From Candidatus Krumholzibacteriia bacterium (lineage in GTDB: Bacteria > Krumholzibacteriota > Krumholzibacteriia > WVZY01), in the NCBI GenBank assembly GCA_046754105.1, contig JBHHVD010000026.1, positions 1 to 36,449 on the forward strand: a stretch of 36,449 nt of DNA, in the 5' to 3' direction. The notes beneath the pieces were generated by a model. It made no database searches and had not been told where the DNA came from. It was given only the letters and a program-made list of their open reading frames with translations. Of this stretch, positions 9,554 to 18,970 are shown one piece after another. Made by a program: the position numbers and the translations under genes. Within the stretch, counting starts at the first letter, position 1, and each line of letters begins with the position of its first letter.

Positions 9554-11038
9554 ATGAAACGCGTAATCATACTCGCTGTGCTATGGGTAATCGCGCCGGT
9601 GGTTGGCACCGCGGCGCCGGAAAAGACGAGCTCTCAGAGACGCGTCGCGGCCGAGGGCAAGAAGGCAGAGGCTTCCTCTCCACCTCTGGAGGCTGACTTC
9701 GAAAAGGTGGTGCTGCCGCGCTCCCTGGAAGGACCGATCGACCCCGATGCGTACGTGCTCGGCCCATCAGACGAGCTGCTCCTGGTTTTGCGCGGGCCGG
9801 ATACCAGAATTCATTACCTGCTGGTCCTGCCGGAAGGAAACGTCATCCTGCCCAACGTAGGCTCGATGCCGGCGAGTGGCAGGACCTTGAGCGAGTTCAG
9901 GTCCGAGGTGAAACGCTCGCTGGGCCGTTTCTACCGCAACATAGAGATCGACTGTCAACTCTCACGGCCCCGGAGTTTCGTCGTTTTCGTGCTCGGCGAA
10001 GTGCGATCGCCACGCGCGGTAGAGCTCGTGGCGCCGTTTCGAATGAGCAACGCGCTGGTCGAGGCCGGCGGGGTGAAGTCGACGGGGAGTTCCCGGCGGA
10101 TCGAGATCCGCGAGGAAGGTCGAACGGTACGTGTTGTAGACTTCTTTCTTTTTACGCGGCTGGGGGATTTCGGCCATAACCCGATGCTCAAGGAGGGCCA
10201 GAGTGTGTTCGTCCCGCCGAGTGGAGACCGGGTCAATGTCATCGGCGAGATACGGTTGCCCGGAATGTATGAGGTCGTGGGCGGAGAGACGGCGGGCGAC
10301 ATCCTCGGGTACTGTGGCGGCCTTACCTCGCGTGGCGACGGCAACCGCATCCTGCTCGAACGGTTGGTGGACGGCAAAGCGAAGGCGCCGGTATCTTTTA
10401 CCCTGGAAGAGGCGTCGACGATAGAAGTGAGAGACATGGACGTGCTGATCGTACGGGACGTCATGAGTTTCGGGGGAGGTAAGCCGGTGCTGGTGATGGG
10501 TGGGGGCGGGCGGACGGGCAGGATCAATATTGACGCTGCGGAGCCGTTACGCGATTTTCTCGGCCGCTTGTGGCGGTTCGATCCCGCGTACGAGATCGAA
10601 ACGGCGGTGCTGGAACGTAACGCGGACCGGCGGCGGACGGTCTACGTTCCGTTCAACGTGCGCAAGGTGCTGGCGGGCGACGCGGTCGGCGAGACCCCGG
10701 TGGGGCCGGGTGACGTAATAAGCTTCCCGCCGGAGGAAAACCACATATTCATCACCGGGGAGGTTCGCGAACCGGGTGCCGTCAGGTTTCTGCCGGGCTC
10801 CACGGCCGAGTACTACATCGCCCGCGTCGGGGGACCTTCGGAGGACGGGAGCTTCGGCAAGCTTTCCATTTATTCGGTTGACGGGATGGAGAGAAAGGGC
10901 AACCGAAACAGCCAGGTTTATCGCGGTGAAACCGTGGTGGTGAAGCGGAGCACTTCGAAAGTGTTCGGCTCGGTCTTCGTCGGGATTACCAGTCTCACCG
11001 GACTAATACTGGGCATTATCGCGGTGTCGAACAGATGA
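9554..11038 (+). CDS. Polysaccharide export protein (Poly_export + multiple SLBB domains; Wza/KpsD-like)
   Basis: Signal peptide MKRVIILAVLWVIAPVVGTAA after AAAGGG RBS; YVLGPSDEL and EGNVILPNVG; repeated V.V.GEV..PG / AGG SLBB units; C-terminal hydrophobic helix. Confidence 0.85.
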   Translation: MKRVIILAVLWVIAPVVGTAAPEKTSSQRRVAAEGKKAEASSPPLEADFEKVVLPRSLEGPIDPDAYVLGPSDELLLVLRGPDTRIHYLLVLPEGNVILPNVGSMPASGRTLSEFRSEVKRSLGRFYRNIEIDCQLSRPRSFVVFVLGEVRSPRAVELVAPFRMSNALVEAGGVKSTGSSRRIEIREEGRTVRVVDFFLFTRLGDFGHNPMLKEGQSVFVPPSGDRVNVIGEIRLPGMYEVVGGETAGDILGYCGGLTSRGDGNRILLERLVDGKAKAPVSFTLEEASTIEVRDMDVLIVRDVMSFGGGKPVLVMGGGGRTGRINIDAAEPLRDFLGRLWRFDPAYEIETAVLERNADRRRTVYVPFNVRKVLAGDAVGETPVGPGDVISFPPEENHIFITGEVREPGAVRFLPGSTAEYYIARVGGPSEDGSFGKLSIYSVDGMERKGNRNSQVYRGETVVVKRSTSKVFGSVFVGITSLTGLILGIIAVSNR

Positions 11039-11095
11039 TCGCAAACAGCAGCAGGGCGCGTGCGACTGGTTTGCGCGCGCCGGGCTAGAAAGGGT

Positions 11096-12169
11096 GTGAT
11101 TCAGATCAAAGCGTTGATACTCAGCGGCGGGAGGGGAACGCGGCTACGGCCGATTACCTATACGAGCGCGAAACAGCTCGTGCCGGTGGCCAACAAGCCG
11201 ATTCTCCACTACGGTCTGGAGGCGGTGAAGGAAGCGGGCATTACAGACGTTGGTATCGTCGTCGGCGACACCGCGCAGGAGGTCAAGGCGGCGTTGGGCA
11301 ACGGTGACCAGTTTGGTCTCCAGATCACCTACGTCCAGCAGGACGCGCCGTTAGGGCTGGCTCACGCGGTAAAGGTGTCCCGCGACTTTCTCGGGGACGA
11401 GTCCTTCGTGATGTACCTCGGTGACAACCTGCTCAAGAACGGAATCGCGGGCTTCGTATCGGAATTCGAGTCGGGAAAAGCGGACGCGCAGATCCTGCTC
11501 GTCCAGGTGGACAATCCGAGCGAGTTCGGCGTCGCCGAGATCCGCGAGGGACGAGTGGTCGGCCTCGAAGAAAAGCCCAAGAATCCCAAGAGTGATTACG
11601 CGCTGGTGGGTGTTTATCTGTTCAAGAGCAGCATTTTCGAGGCGGTCGATGCGATCAAGCCGAGTTTCAGAGACGAACTCGAGATCACCGACGCGATTCA
11701 GTATCTCATCGACAAGGGCCGCGTCGTGAACTCGCACGTCGTCGAAGGCTGGTGGAAGGACACCGGCAAGCTCGAGGATATGATAGATGCAAACCGCATG
11801 ATCCTGACGGATCTCGTACCGCTGCTGAAGAGCGAACCGGATTCCGCTTCGGAGATCCACGGAGCGGTGAACGTGGGCAAGGACGTCGTGATCGAGGGTA
11901 GCGTCCTGCGCGGCCCGTGCACGATCGGCCCGGGGAGCCGTATCATTCGTTCTTACATCGGCCCGTTTACGAGTATCGGTGCCAACTCCGAGATCGTGGG
12001 CAGCGAAGTCGAGAACAGCATCGTGCTTGAAGATTGCAAGATTCGCAACATCGGGAGCCGTATCGGCAGCAGCCTGATAGGGAAGAACGTAACCGTCGCC
12101 AAGAACGACCGGCCGCCGGAGTCGTACAAGCTCATGGTCGGTGACAACAGTCAAATCATCGTTTTGTGA
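11096..12169 (+). CDS. rmlA: Glucose-1-phosphate thymidylyltransferase, long form (start uncertain: 11060, 11096 or 11105)
   Basis: KALILSGGRGTRLRPIT..SAKQLVPVANKP, PLGLAHAV, YLGDN, EEKP, ELEITDAI, WWKDTG, plus a C-terminal hexapeptide beta-helix region. Confidence 0.9.
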   Translation: MIQIKALILSGGRGTRLRPITYTSAKQLVPVANKPILHYGLEAVKEAGITDVGIVVGDTAQEVKAALGNGDQFGLQITYVQQDAPLGLAHAVKVSRDFLGDESFVMYLGDNLLKNGIAGFVSEFESGKADAQILLVQVDNPSEFGVAEIREGRVVGLEEKPKNPKSDYALVGVYLFKSSIFEAVDAIKPSFRDELEITDAIQYLIDKGRVVNSHVVEGWWKDTGKLEDMIDANRMILTDLVPLLKSEPDSASEIHGAVNVGKDVVIEGSVLRGPCTIGPGSRIIRSYIGPFTSIGANSEIVGSEVENSIVLEDCKIRNIGSRIGSSLIGKNVTVAKNDRPPESYKLMVGDNSQIIVL

Positions 12170-12183
12170 GGAGTCCGACCGGG

Positions 12184-12789
12184 ATGACGGCCGATCCGTT
12201 CCGTGGGGAAATAAGAGACGAGTTGCGCGAGAGGGTCGAACTGATCAAGGGTCTGGGCGAGAGCGTGTATGAAGACCTTGCCGCGATCGCGGGCTCGATG
12301 GTGGACTGTCTGCGCCGCGGGGGAAGCGTATTTGCTTGCGGCAACGGGGGAAGTGCGACGCAGGCCGAGCACTTCGCCGGCGAGCTGGTCGGCCGGTTCA
12401 GAATGGATCGCGGTTCGCTGCCCGTCTTCTGCCTGACAGATAACAGCGCTGCGTTGACGTCGATAGCCAATGACTACGAATTCGCCGAAGTGTTCGCGCG
12501 ACAGATTGACGGCATGGCGAGGAGTGGTGATTGCCTGCTCGCACTGTCCACGAGCGGCGACTCCGAGAACGTCACGCGCGCTTGCCGAACGGCGCGCGGG
12601 ACCGGGTTGAAGGTATTCGCCCTGACCGGTGAGAACGGCGGCCCGGTGGCCTCGGAGAGCGACCGTGCCGTTCGCATACCGGATTCGGACACGGCGCGCG
12701 TCCAGGAAATGCACCTCGTGCTGATCCACCTGATCTGCCGGATGGTCGAGTCGGCGATGTTTTCCCCCGATGGTTCCCGCACGAAGTGA
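12184..12789 (+). CDS. gmhA: Phosphoheptose isomerase (SIS domain)
   Basis: CGNGGSA..AEHFAGELVGRF, TSIANDY, LSTSGDS and TARVQEMH motifs; GAGGAG RBS before ATG 12184. Confidence 0.92.
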   Translation: MTADPFRGEIRDELRERVELIKGLGESVYEDLAAIAGSMVDCLRRGGSVFACGNGGSATQAEHFAGELVGRFRMDRGSLPVFCLTDNSAALTSIANDYEFAEVFARQIDGMARSGDCLLALSTSGDSENVTRACRTARGTGLKVFALTGENGGPVASESDRAVRIPDSDTARVQEMHLVLIHLICRMVESAMFSPDGSRTK

Positions 12790-13934
12790 CCCACGCCCCC
12801 GGCCGGTGGGACCGGCCGGGTGGCACTCGTGACATGCCCAAGAACGCCTCCCGCAGAGTTCTTTTTTTCTCGCCCTATCCGCGAGGTGAAGCCGCGAGCC
12901 AGCGCTTCCGCTACGAGCAGTATTTCCCGCTCCTCGAGAGGGAACGGATCGAGTTCGACGATTCCCCGTTTTGGGACCGGAAATCCTGGAGTGTCTTGTA
13001 CGAGCGGGGGAACCGTTTGTCGAAACTGGCGGGCCTCGTGCGCGGTTTTCTCCGGCGACTGCGGGCCCTGGCGATCCTGCGCCGCTACGACGCCGTGTTC
13101 GTTCATCGGGAGATGGCACCGGTGGGTCCACCCGTTTTCGAGTGGTTGGTGATGCGGCTTTTCAGGAAGCGGTCGGTGTACGACTTCGATGACGCGATCT
13201 GGATGCGCCGCGCGTCCAGGGCCAACCCAGTAGCGGACAGGCTCAGGTGGCATTCGAAAGTCGGTCAGGTTTGCAGATGGAGCGGTCGTGTTTCGTGTGG
13301 CAACGAGTTTCTGGCCGATTTCGCGCGACGCCACAACCCGGACGTCGTTGTAAACCCGACCGTGGTCGATACCGAAAACTATCATTGCCTGGTCAGCGAG
13401 GATAGCGGCGCGAGGGTAATCGGTTGGACGGGAACGCATTCCACGATTCCGTACCTGCAGCCCCTGATGCCCGTCCTCAGGGCGTTGCGCTCCGAGTACG
13501 GTTTTGCGATCCGCGTCATTGCGGATCACGTGCCTGACTTTGACGCCGATATCATCGAGTTCGTGCCGTGGAGCAAGGAATCCGAGATAGGGGACCTGCT
13601 GGTGGTCGATATCGGTCTAATGCCGCTGCCAGACACCGAATGGGGCAGGGGCAAGTGCGGGTTCAAGATACTGCAATACATGGCCCTGGGGATACCGCCG
13701 GTGGCGTCCAACGTAGGCGTTAACGCGGACATCATCGAGCACGGCGTGGACGGCTTGTTGTGTGCCAACCTCGGGGAGTGGAAGGACAATCTTGCCCGTC
13801 TCCTTGCAGACGGGGAACTGCGCAGGAACATCAAGGCCGCGGCAAGACGCAAGGTCATCGACCGCTACTCGGTAGCCGGTAACGGCCCCGCGTTTCTCGC
13901 CACGTTGAACGGGTTGAGAACGGAGGCACGATGA
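12786..13934 (+). CDS. GT4 family glycosyltransferase (start may be 12834)
   Basis: ASQRFRYEQY, VYDFDDAIW, IGWTG and DIGLMPL...GKCGFKILQYMALGIPPVASNVG retaining GT-B motifs. Confidence 0.88.
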   Translation: MTHAPGRWDRPGGTRDMPKNASRRVLFFSPYPRGEAASQRFRYEQYFPLLERERIEFDDSPFWDRKSWSVLYERGNRLSKLAGLVRGFLRRLRALAILRRYDAVFVHREMAPVGPPVFEWLVMRLFRKRSVYDFDDAIWMRRASRANPVADRLRWHSKVGQVCRWSGRVSCGNEFLADFARRHNPDVVVNPTVVDTENYHCLVSEDSGARVIGWTGTHSTIPYLQPLMPVLRALRSEYGFAIRVIADHVPDFDADIIEFVPWSKESEIGDLLVVDIGLMPLPDTEWGRGKCGFKILQYMALGIPPVASNVGVNADIIEHGVDGLLCANLGEWKDNLARLLADGELRRNIKAAARRKVIDRYSVAGNGPAFLATLNGLRTEAR

Positions 13935-15115
13935 CGGGACAGCGCAAGCCGCCGGCCGGTGCCGCGGCGGGGGCCGGCAGGCAACGCCCGAGAATTCTCT
14001 ATCTGGTGACCGAAGACTGGTATTTCTGCCTGCACCGTCTGCCGGTGGCGCGGGCGGCGCGCGACGCCGGCTTCGAAGTGGTGGTGGCGACGCGGGTGAC
14101 GAATCACGGCGAGCGGATCACCGGCGAGGGGTTTCGACTCATTCCCCTGCAGTGGCGGCGCCGCTCGCTGCACCCGTGGCGCGAACTGCGGGCGCTCTTC
14201 GCCGTCGCCGGTATCTACCGCAGTGAGAAACCGGAACTGGCGCACCACATTGCGCTCAAGCCGGCGGTGTACGGTTCGGTGGCCGCGAGGCTGGCCCGGG
14301 TGCCCGCCTCCGTGAGTACGGTGGCAGGACTCGGCTACGTCTTCACATCGCGCGAGTGGAAGGCGCGGGTGCTGAAGCAGCTGTTGAAGGCGACTTTTCG
14401 TTCGGTGCTCCGAAAATCGAACGTCCGCATGATTTTCGAAAACCCGGACGACCGCGATGTATTGACGGCCGCGTGCAGGCCCCGGCCGGAGCAAATGGTG
14501 TTGATCCGGGGTACGGGGGTCGACGTGCGCCTCTTCAAGCCGAGCCCGCAGCCCGCGGACGTCGTGGTCACCCTGGTCTCCCGCATGCTGTGGAACAAGG
14601 GCATCGGAGAGCTGGTCGAGGCGGCGAAACGGCTGCACGACGAGGGGGAGAACATCCGTTTTCTTCTCGTGGGGTCGCCCGACCCCGAGAATCCGGCGTC
14701 GATCGCCGAGTCCCGGCTGCGCTCGTGGCAGCAGGCGGGCCATGTCGAGTGGCTGGGACAACGGGACGACGTTCCGGAGATTTGGGGCAGGTCGGCCGTC
14801 GCCGTGCTGCCGACCACCTACGGCGAAGGCGTCCCGAGATGCCTGCTCGAAGCGGCGGCCTGCGGGCTGCCGATCATCGCCACCGACACCGCAGGATGCC
14901 GCGAGATCGTACGCGACGGAGAAAACGGCTTCCTGGTACCGCCCGGCGACGCCGCCGCGCTCGCCGAGAAGATCCGAAAACTGGCCGGTGATCCGGAGCT
15001 TCGCGCGGCGATGGGGGCGAACGGGCGCGAGTTGGTTACGGAACACTTCTCCGAAGAACTGGTCGTGCGGCAAACTCTGGACGTGTACCGGTCGCTGGCG
15101 GGCACCGAATCATGA
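13931..15115 (+). CDS. GT4 glycosyltransferase, CapM/WbpU-like
   Basis: VTEDWYFCLHRLP, KPAVYG, TVAGLG, FENPDD, GTGVD, SRMLWNKG and EGVPRCLLEAAACGLPIIATD..GCRE motifs. Confidence 0.9.
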   Translation: MTGQRKPPAGAAAGAGRQRPRILYLVTEDWYFCLHRLPVARAARDAGFEVVVATRVTNHGERITGEGFRLIPLQWRRRSLHPWRELRALFAVAGIYRSEKPELAHHIALKPAVYGSVAARLARVPASVSTVAGLGYVFTSREWKARVLKQLLKATFRSVLRKSNVRMIFENPDDRDVLTAACRPRPEQMVLIRGTGVDVRLFKPSPQPADVVVTLVSRMLWNKGIGELVEAAKRLHDEGENIRFLLVGSPDPENPASIAESRLRSWQQAGHVEWLGQRDDVPEIWGRSAVAVLPTTYGEGVPRCLLEAAACGLPIIATDTAGCREIVRDGENGFLVPPGDAAALAEKIRKLAGDPELRAAMGANGRELVTEHFSEELVVRQTLDVYRSLAGTES

Positions 15116-16083
15116 GCGGGAAACCGGTATACCTGGTAACCGGGGCCAGCGGGTTCGTCGGCCGCGAACTGTGCGGGCGCTTGCGTGCACGGGGTCGTGT
15201 CCGGGCGCTGCTCCGCCGTTCGCGCCCGGGGCCGTGGGATGAGGCTGCGCTCGCCGACCTGGAGGCGGAGTCGCCGCTTCGTGAATCGGTAGCCCGCGGG
15301 GTGGACACGGTTTTTCACCTGGCTGGCAAAGCGCATGACTCCGGCACGGCGGACCCGGCGGCGTACGAGAAGTTGAACGTGGGTGGAACCGACCGCCTTC
15401 TGCGCGCGGCCGCGGCCGCGGGAGTCAAGCGGTTCGTTTTTCTCAGTTCCGTCAAGGCGATGGGGGAAGGGGGTATCGCCCGTCTCGACGAGGGTGCCGA
15501 GGCCCGGCCACGATCGCCGTACGGCGTATCGAAACGCCGCGCGGAGGTCCGGGTGCTGGAGGGGCCCGGCATTCCCCATCGATGTGTGCTGCGTTCGACG
15601 CTCGTGTACGGATCCGGCGCGAAGGGCAACCTGGCGCGCATGATACGCGGCGTGGAGCGAGGTTTTTTCCCTCCGATGCCGCGCTGCGGCAACCGGCGCT
15701 CGATGGTGCACGTGGAAGACCTCGTCGAAGCGATGGTCCTGGCCGCGGCCCGGCCGGAGGCCAACGGCCGTGTTTTTATCGTAAGCGACGGTTGCGACTA
15801 CAACACACGCGAGCTGTACGAATGGATTTGCCTCGCCCTCGGCCGCCGCGTGCCCCCGTGGACCGTGCCCCTGACATCCCTCAGAATACTCGCGAAGGTG
15901 GGGGACGGTTTCGCCCGCGTGGTCGGCCGGCCATTCCCCTTCGATTCCCCGTCGTTCGAGAAGCTCTTGGGGTCCTCCTGCTATGACTCGTCTCGCATCC
16001 AGGCAGAGCTCGGATACCGTGCCAAGCACAATCTCAAAGATGAGATGCCGGGTATCGTGAAATCCCTTCGCACGCGCCGTTGA
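15112..16083 (+). CDS. Extended SDR NAD-dependent epimerase/4-reductase (WbpV/WbpK-like)
   Basis: LVTGASGFVG Rossmann motif, HLAGKAH, FLSSVKA, catalytic YGVSK, LVYG...KGNL and RSMVHVEDL. Confidence 0.85.
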   Translation: MSGKPVYLVTGASGFVGRELCGRLRARGRVRALLRRSRPGPWDEAALADLEAESPLRESVARGVDTVFHLAGKAHDSGTADPAAYEKLNVGGTDRLLRAAAAAGVKRFVFLSSVKAMGEGGIARLDEGAEARPRSPYGVSKRRAEVRVLEGPGIPHRCVLRSTLVYGSGAKGNLARMIRGVERGFFPPMPRCGNRRSMVHVEDLVEAMVLAAARPEANGRVFIVSDGCDYNTRELYEWICLALGRRVPPWTVPLTSLRILAKVGDGFARVVGRPFPFDSPSFEKLLGSSCYDSSRIQAELGYRAKHNLKDEMPGIVKSLRTRR

Positions 16084-16096
16084 CGGGAGAAAGCCC

Positions 16097-16126
16097 TTGT
16101 CTCGCCCGCAAGCCAGCGCGTATCCT
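16097..16126 (+). promoter_or_regulatory. Possible sigma70 promoter for the PGT fusion gene
   Basis: TTGTCT(16097-16102)-18 bp-TATCCT(16121-16126) in the intergenic gap. Confidence 0.4.
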
Positions 16127-16174
16127 CAGTACCCAAAATGCGGAGGATGATCGGTTCTGAAAGGATTGACCTCC

Positions 16175-18964
16175 ATGACGGGTCTCAGCGCGTTCGTTTT
16201 CTCGTTTGCAATATCGTATATAGGCACCGTCCTGCTCCTCAGGATTCGCCTGCGCAGCACGTTCATCGACGTACCCAGCGAACGGAGCTCGCACGAGGTG
16301 CCCAAGCCGCGCTTTGGCGGAATCGCCATAGTGGGTGCGTTCACGCTCGTGTATCTGTTCCTGCTGTTCATACGGCCCGGAATGGCGGCGTACCTCCCGC
16401 TCGCCGCGGGGGGAGTGATCGTTTTCACGGCGGGGTTGCTGGACGATCGCCGCTCGCTCCCGGTTTATGTACGCTTCCTGGCGCAGGGAGCCGCCGTCGC
16501 GGTCGTGATGGCGGCGGGACACTACGTAGATCACATTTTCCTGCCGCTCGTAGGAACGATCGACCTGGGTCCGTTGGCAGTACCATTCACGGCACTATTC
16601 GTCCTGGCCAGTATCAATTTCTATAATTTTGTCGACGGCGTCGACGGGCTGGCCGCGGGCAGCGCCTTTATCGTCGCGACCTTCCTCGCACTGATCGCCT
16701 ACATGCTGGGCCACGTCCCCCTGGCCCTGCTGTGCCTGGTTCTCGCGGGCGGCTCCGTCGGGTTCTTGCAGTTCAATTTTCCGCCGTCCAGGCTCTTCAT
16801 GGGTGATGGCGGCAGCACGTTTCTTGGTTTCGTGTTCGCGTGCGTCGCTATCATGGGCAACGGCTTGAGCCCGGAGATACCGTTTTTTATACCGGTGCTG
16901 ATGCTCTCCTCGCTGTTTCTCGACGCGGGGCTGACCCTGGCCAAGCGCGCGTTGAAGGGGGAAAGGATTTTTCAGCCCCATCACACGCATTACTACCAGC
17001 GCCTGCTGTCCCTGGGGCTCAATCACAAACAGGTGACGGTTCTCGAGTACGCGTTGACCATACTGCTCGGCTCGAGCGCCCTGATTTTCTTCAAAGCGGG
17101 AGGATTCTTCCCGTTCTTCCTGACCCTGTGCTGGGTCATCATTTTTACCGCGCTGATACTGAAAATCCGCGGGTTGGAAAGGGGTGACCGGCTCTTCTGG
17201 GAACGGCGAACGGTGCTGGTCGTCGCCGGTGACCTGCTCGTGACCGGTGTTGCCTATTTCGGCGGGTATTTTCTGCGCATGAATTTCCGTTTCACGGAAG
17301 CGGAAGGCGTGGCGGTGCTCAAGGCATTCCCGCTGGTGCTGGTGGTGAGGAGCGCGTGTTTCTATTACTACGGCTTGTATCGCGGGGTGTGGAAGTACAC
17401 GAGCACGCCGGATGTCGTTCGTATCGTCAAGGCGGTTGCCAGCGGTTCGGCGATCATAGTCGTCCTGCTCGTGCTTTTTTATCGTTTCGTGGCGTTTCCT
17501 CGTTCGCTCTTTATTATCGAGTTTTTTCTGCTCACCTCGGCTTTGCTGGGCACGCGTTTCGCGTCACGTCTCTTCCACGAGTTCGGAAAGGAAACTCTCA
17601 GTGGGAACATCAAGCGCGTGGCGGTGATCGGGGCGGGGGACTACGGCGAGCGGATTGGACGCGAGATACGAAACACCCACGACAAGAGCGTGTCCGTCGT
17701 GTGTTATATCGATGACGACGAGGACAAACAAGGGCTGGCGCTGCAGGGAACACCCATAAGAGGGCCGCTCGCGAGGCTCGCGGCGATCTGCAGAGAATAC
17801 GCGGTGGACTCGCTGGTGCTCGGGATATCGTCGCTGCCGGATGCGCGGCTCTACGACGTCGTCAATCTTGCCCGGGCGGCGGGAGTCTCACTCGAGACCC
17901 GAGACACTCGTTACCTCAAGAAGCCGGAGCCGGGCGCCGTCTTGTTCGACCGCATAAGCCGCGGAATGAACAGAACGCTGCCGCTGCACAACGGGGAACG
18001 ATCGAATCGGTTTTATCCCGGTAAGCGCGTGCTACTGACACACGGTGGACACGGCATCGGCCCCGCGATGGCGAAGCGATTGTCGGGGCTGGGGGCGCGG
18101 GTGACGGTGCAAGTGGATTCGCCATGGGACATTGCGCGCTTCGGGCCGCTCGAGGCCGGGGGCTGCACGTTTTATATCGGCAGGTTGGAGGAGACCGCCG
18201 ACGCGGTCCGGATCGTGGAAAGCTGCAACCCGCAGGTCGTGTTTCACTGCGTATCCGTTCACGCAGCCCCGGCCGTCAACAAGCGCGAGTTTTTGTGGAG
18301 AAGCGTCGTGCGCTCGACCGACGCCCTGGTCGAAGCCGTCGCCGGCCACCCGGTAGAATCCATCGTGCTGATTTCATTCTGGGAGAATGTATCCGCGGCC
18401 GACGACGATGCCAAGCTTCTCTCGGTGAGCGAAGCGCGCATGTTGAACTCTCCCGGCATCCCCTCGCCGCAGGTGATTCGTGTCGCCACGATTCTGACCG
18501 AACGCAGGCTGTTGGAAATACTGGAAGACACATCGCCTGCAGGTGTTGGGAGCGGGGAGAGTTTCTCCGTTTTCGACCCGGAAGCGGTGGCGCTGTGTGT
18601 GGACGCGGCGGCCGGAGCGAGCGGCAGGGCGCTGATCGTGCCGCGGATCGAAACCCCCGTCGGCGAACGGGATCTGAAGAACTTCTTTCGTGAAGGCAGC
18701 TTGGACAAGAAAGACGAGGGGCGGCCTGCGGGCGAACGTAGTACGTTGTTTCCCGCGGAGGCAATCGAGCGATCTGCCATTCCCGGCGCGAGCGTCGTGG
18801 TAGGTCCGTTGTACCCGGCCGGCGGAGAGTTGATGGCGGCGGTCGAGAAGTGCCTGCGGGCACCCCGGGACGTCGAGGACTCTGAACGCGTACGCCTGCT
18901 CGGCGGCCTGCACACGCTGTTGTGCACAGACCCGGCGCGCGGCATACGGGCGTCGATCGAATAG
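16175..18964 (+). CDS. Fusion: WecA/WbpL-type polytopic phosphoglycosyl transferase + CapD/WbpM/PglF-like membrane and Rossmann domains + degenerate dehydratase domain
   Basis: N-part has DVPSERSSHEVPKPRFGG, GLLDD, NFYNFVDGVDGLA, FNFPPSRLFMGDGGS and HHTHYYQRL. Middle has GLYRGVWKYTS..D, FPRS and VAVIGAGDYG...YIDDD..K. C-part has GKRVLLTHGGHGIG and PQVVFHC. Single uninterrupted frame; AAAGGA RBS before ATG 16175. Confidence 0.88.
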   Translation: MTGLSAFVFSFAISYIGTVLLLRIRLRSTFIDVPSERSSHEVPKPRFGGIAIVGAFTLVYLFLLFIRPGMAAYLPLAAGGVIVFTAGLLDDRRSLPVYVRFLAQGAAVAVVMAAGHYVDHIFLPLVGTIDLGPLAVPFTALFVLASINFYNFVDGVDGLAAGSAFIVATFLALIAYMLGHVPLALLCLVLAGGSVGFLQFNFPPSRLFMGDGGSTFLGFVFACVAIMGNGLSPEIPFFIPVLMLSSLFLDAGLTLAKRALKGERIFQPHHTHYYQRLLSLGLNHKQVTVLEYALTILLGSSALIFFKAGGFFPFFLTLCWVIIFTALILKIRGLERGDRLFWERRTVLVVAGDLLVTGVAYFGGYFLRMNFRFTEAEGVAVLKAFPLVLVVRSACFYYYGLYRGVWKYTSTPDVVRIVKAVASGSAIIVVLLVLFYRFVAFPRSLFIIEFFLLTSALLGTRFASRLFHEFGKETLSGNIKRVAVIGAGDYGERIGREIRNTHDKSVSVVCYIDDDEDKQGLALQGTPIRGPLARLAAICREYAVDSLVLGISSLPDARLYDVVNLARAAGVSLETRDTRYLKKPEPGAVLFDRISRGMNRTLPLHNGERSNRFYPGKRVLLTHGGHGIGPAMAKRLSGLGARVTVQVDSPWDIARFGPLEAGGCTFYIGRLEETADAVRIVESCNPQVVFHCVSVHAAPAVNKREFLWRSVVRSTDALVEAVAGHPVESIVLISFWENVSAADDDAKLLSVSEARMLNSPGIPSPQVIRVATILTERRLLEILEDTSPAGVGSGESFSVFDPEAVALCVDAAAGASGRALIVPRIETPVGERDLKNFFREGSLDKKDEGRPAGERSTLFPAEAIERSAIPGASVVVGPLYPAGGELMAAVEKCLRAPRDVEDSERVRLLGGLHTLLCTDPARGIRASIE

Positions 18965-18970
18965 CGCCCC

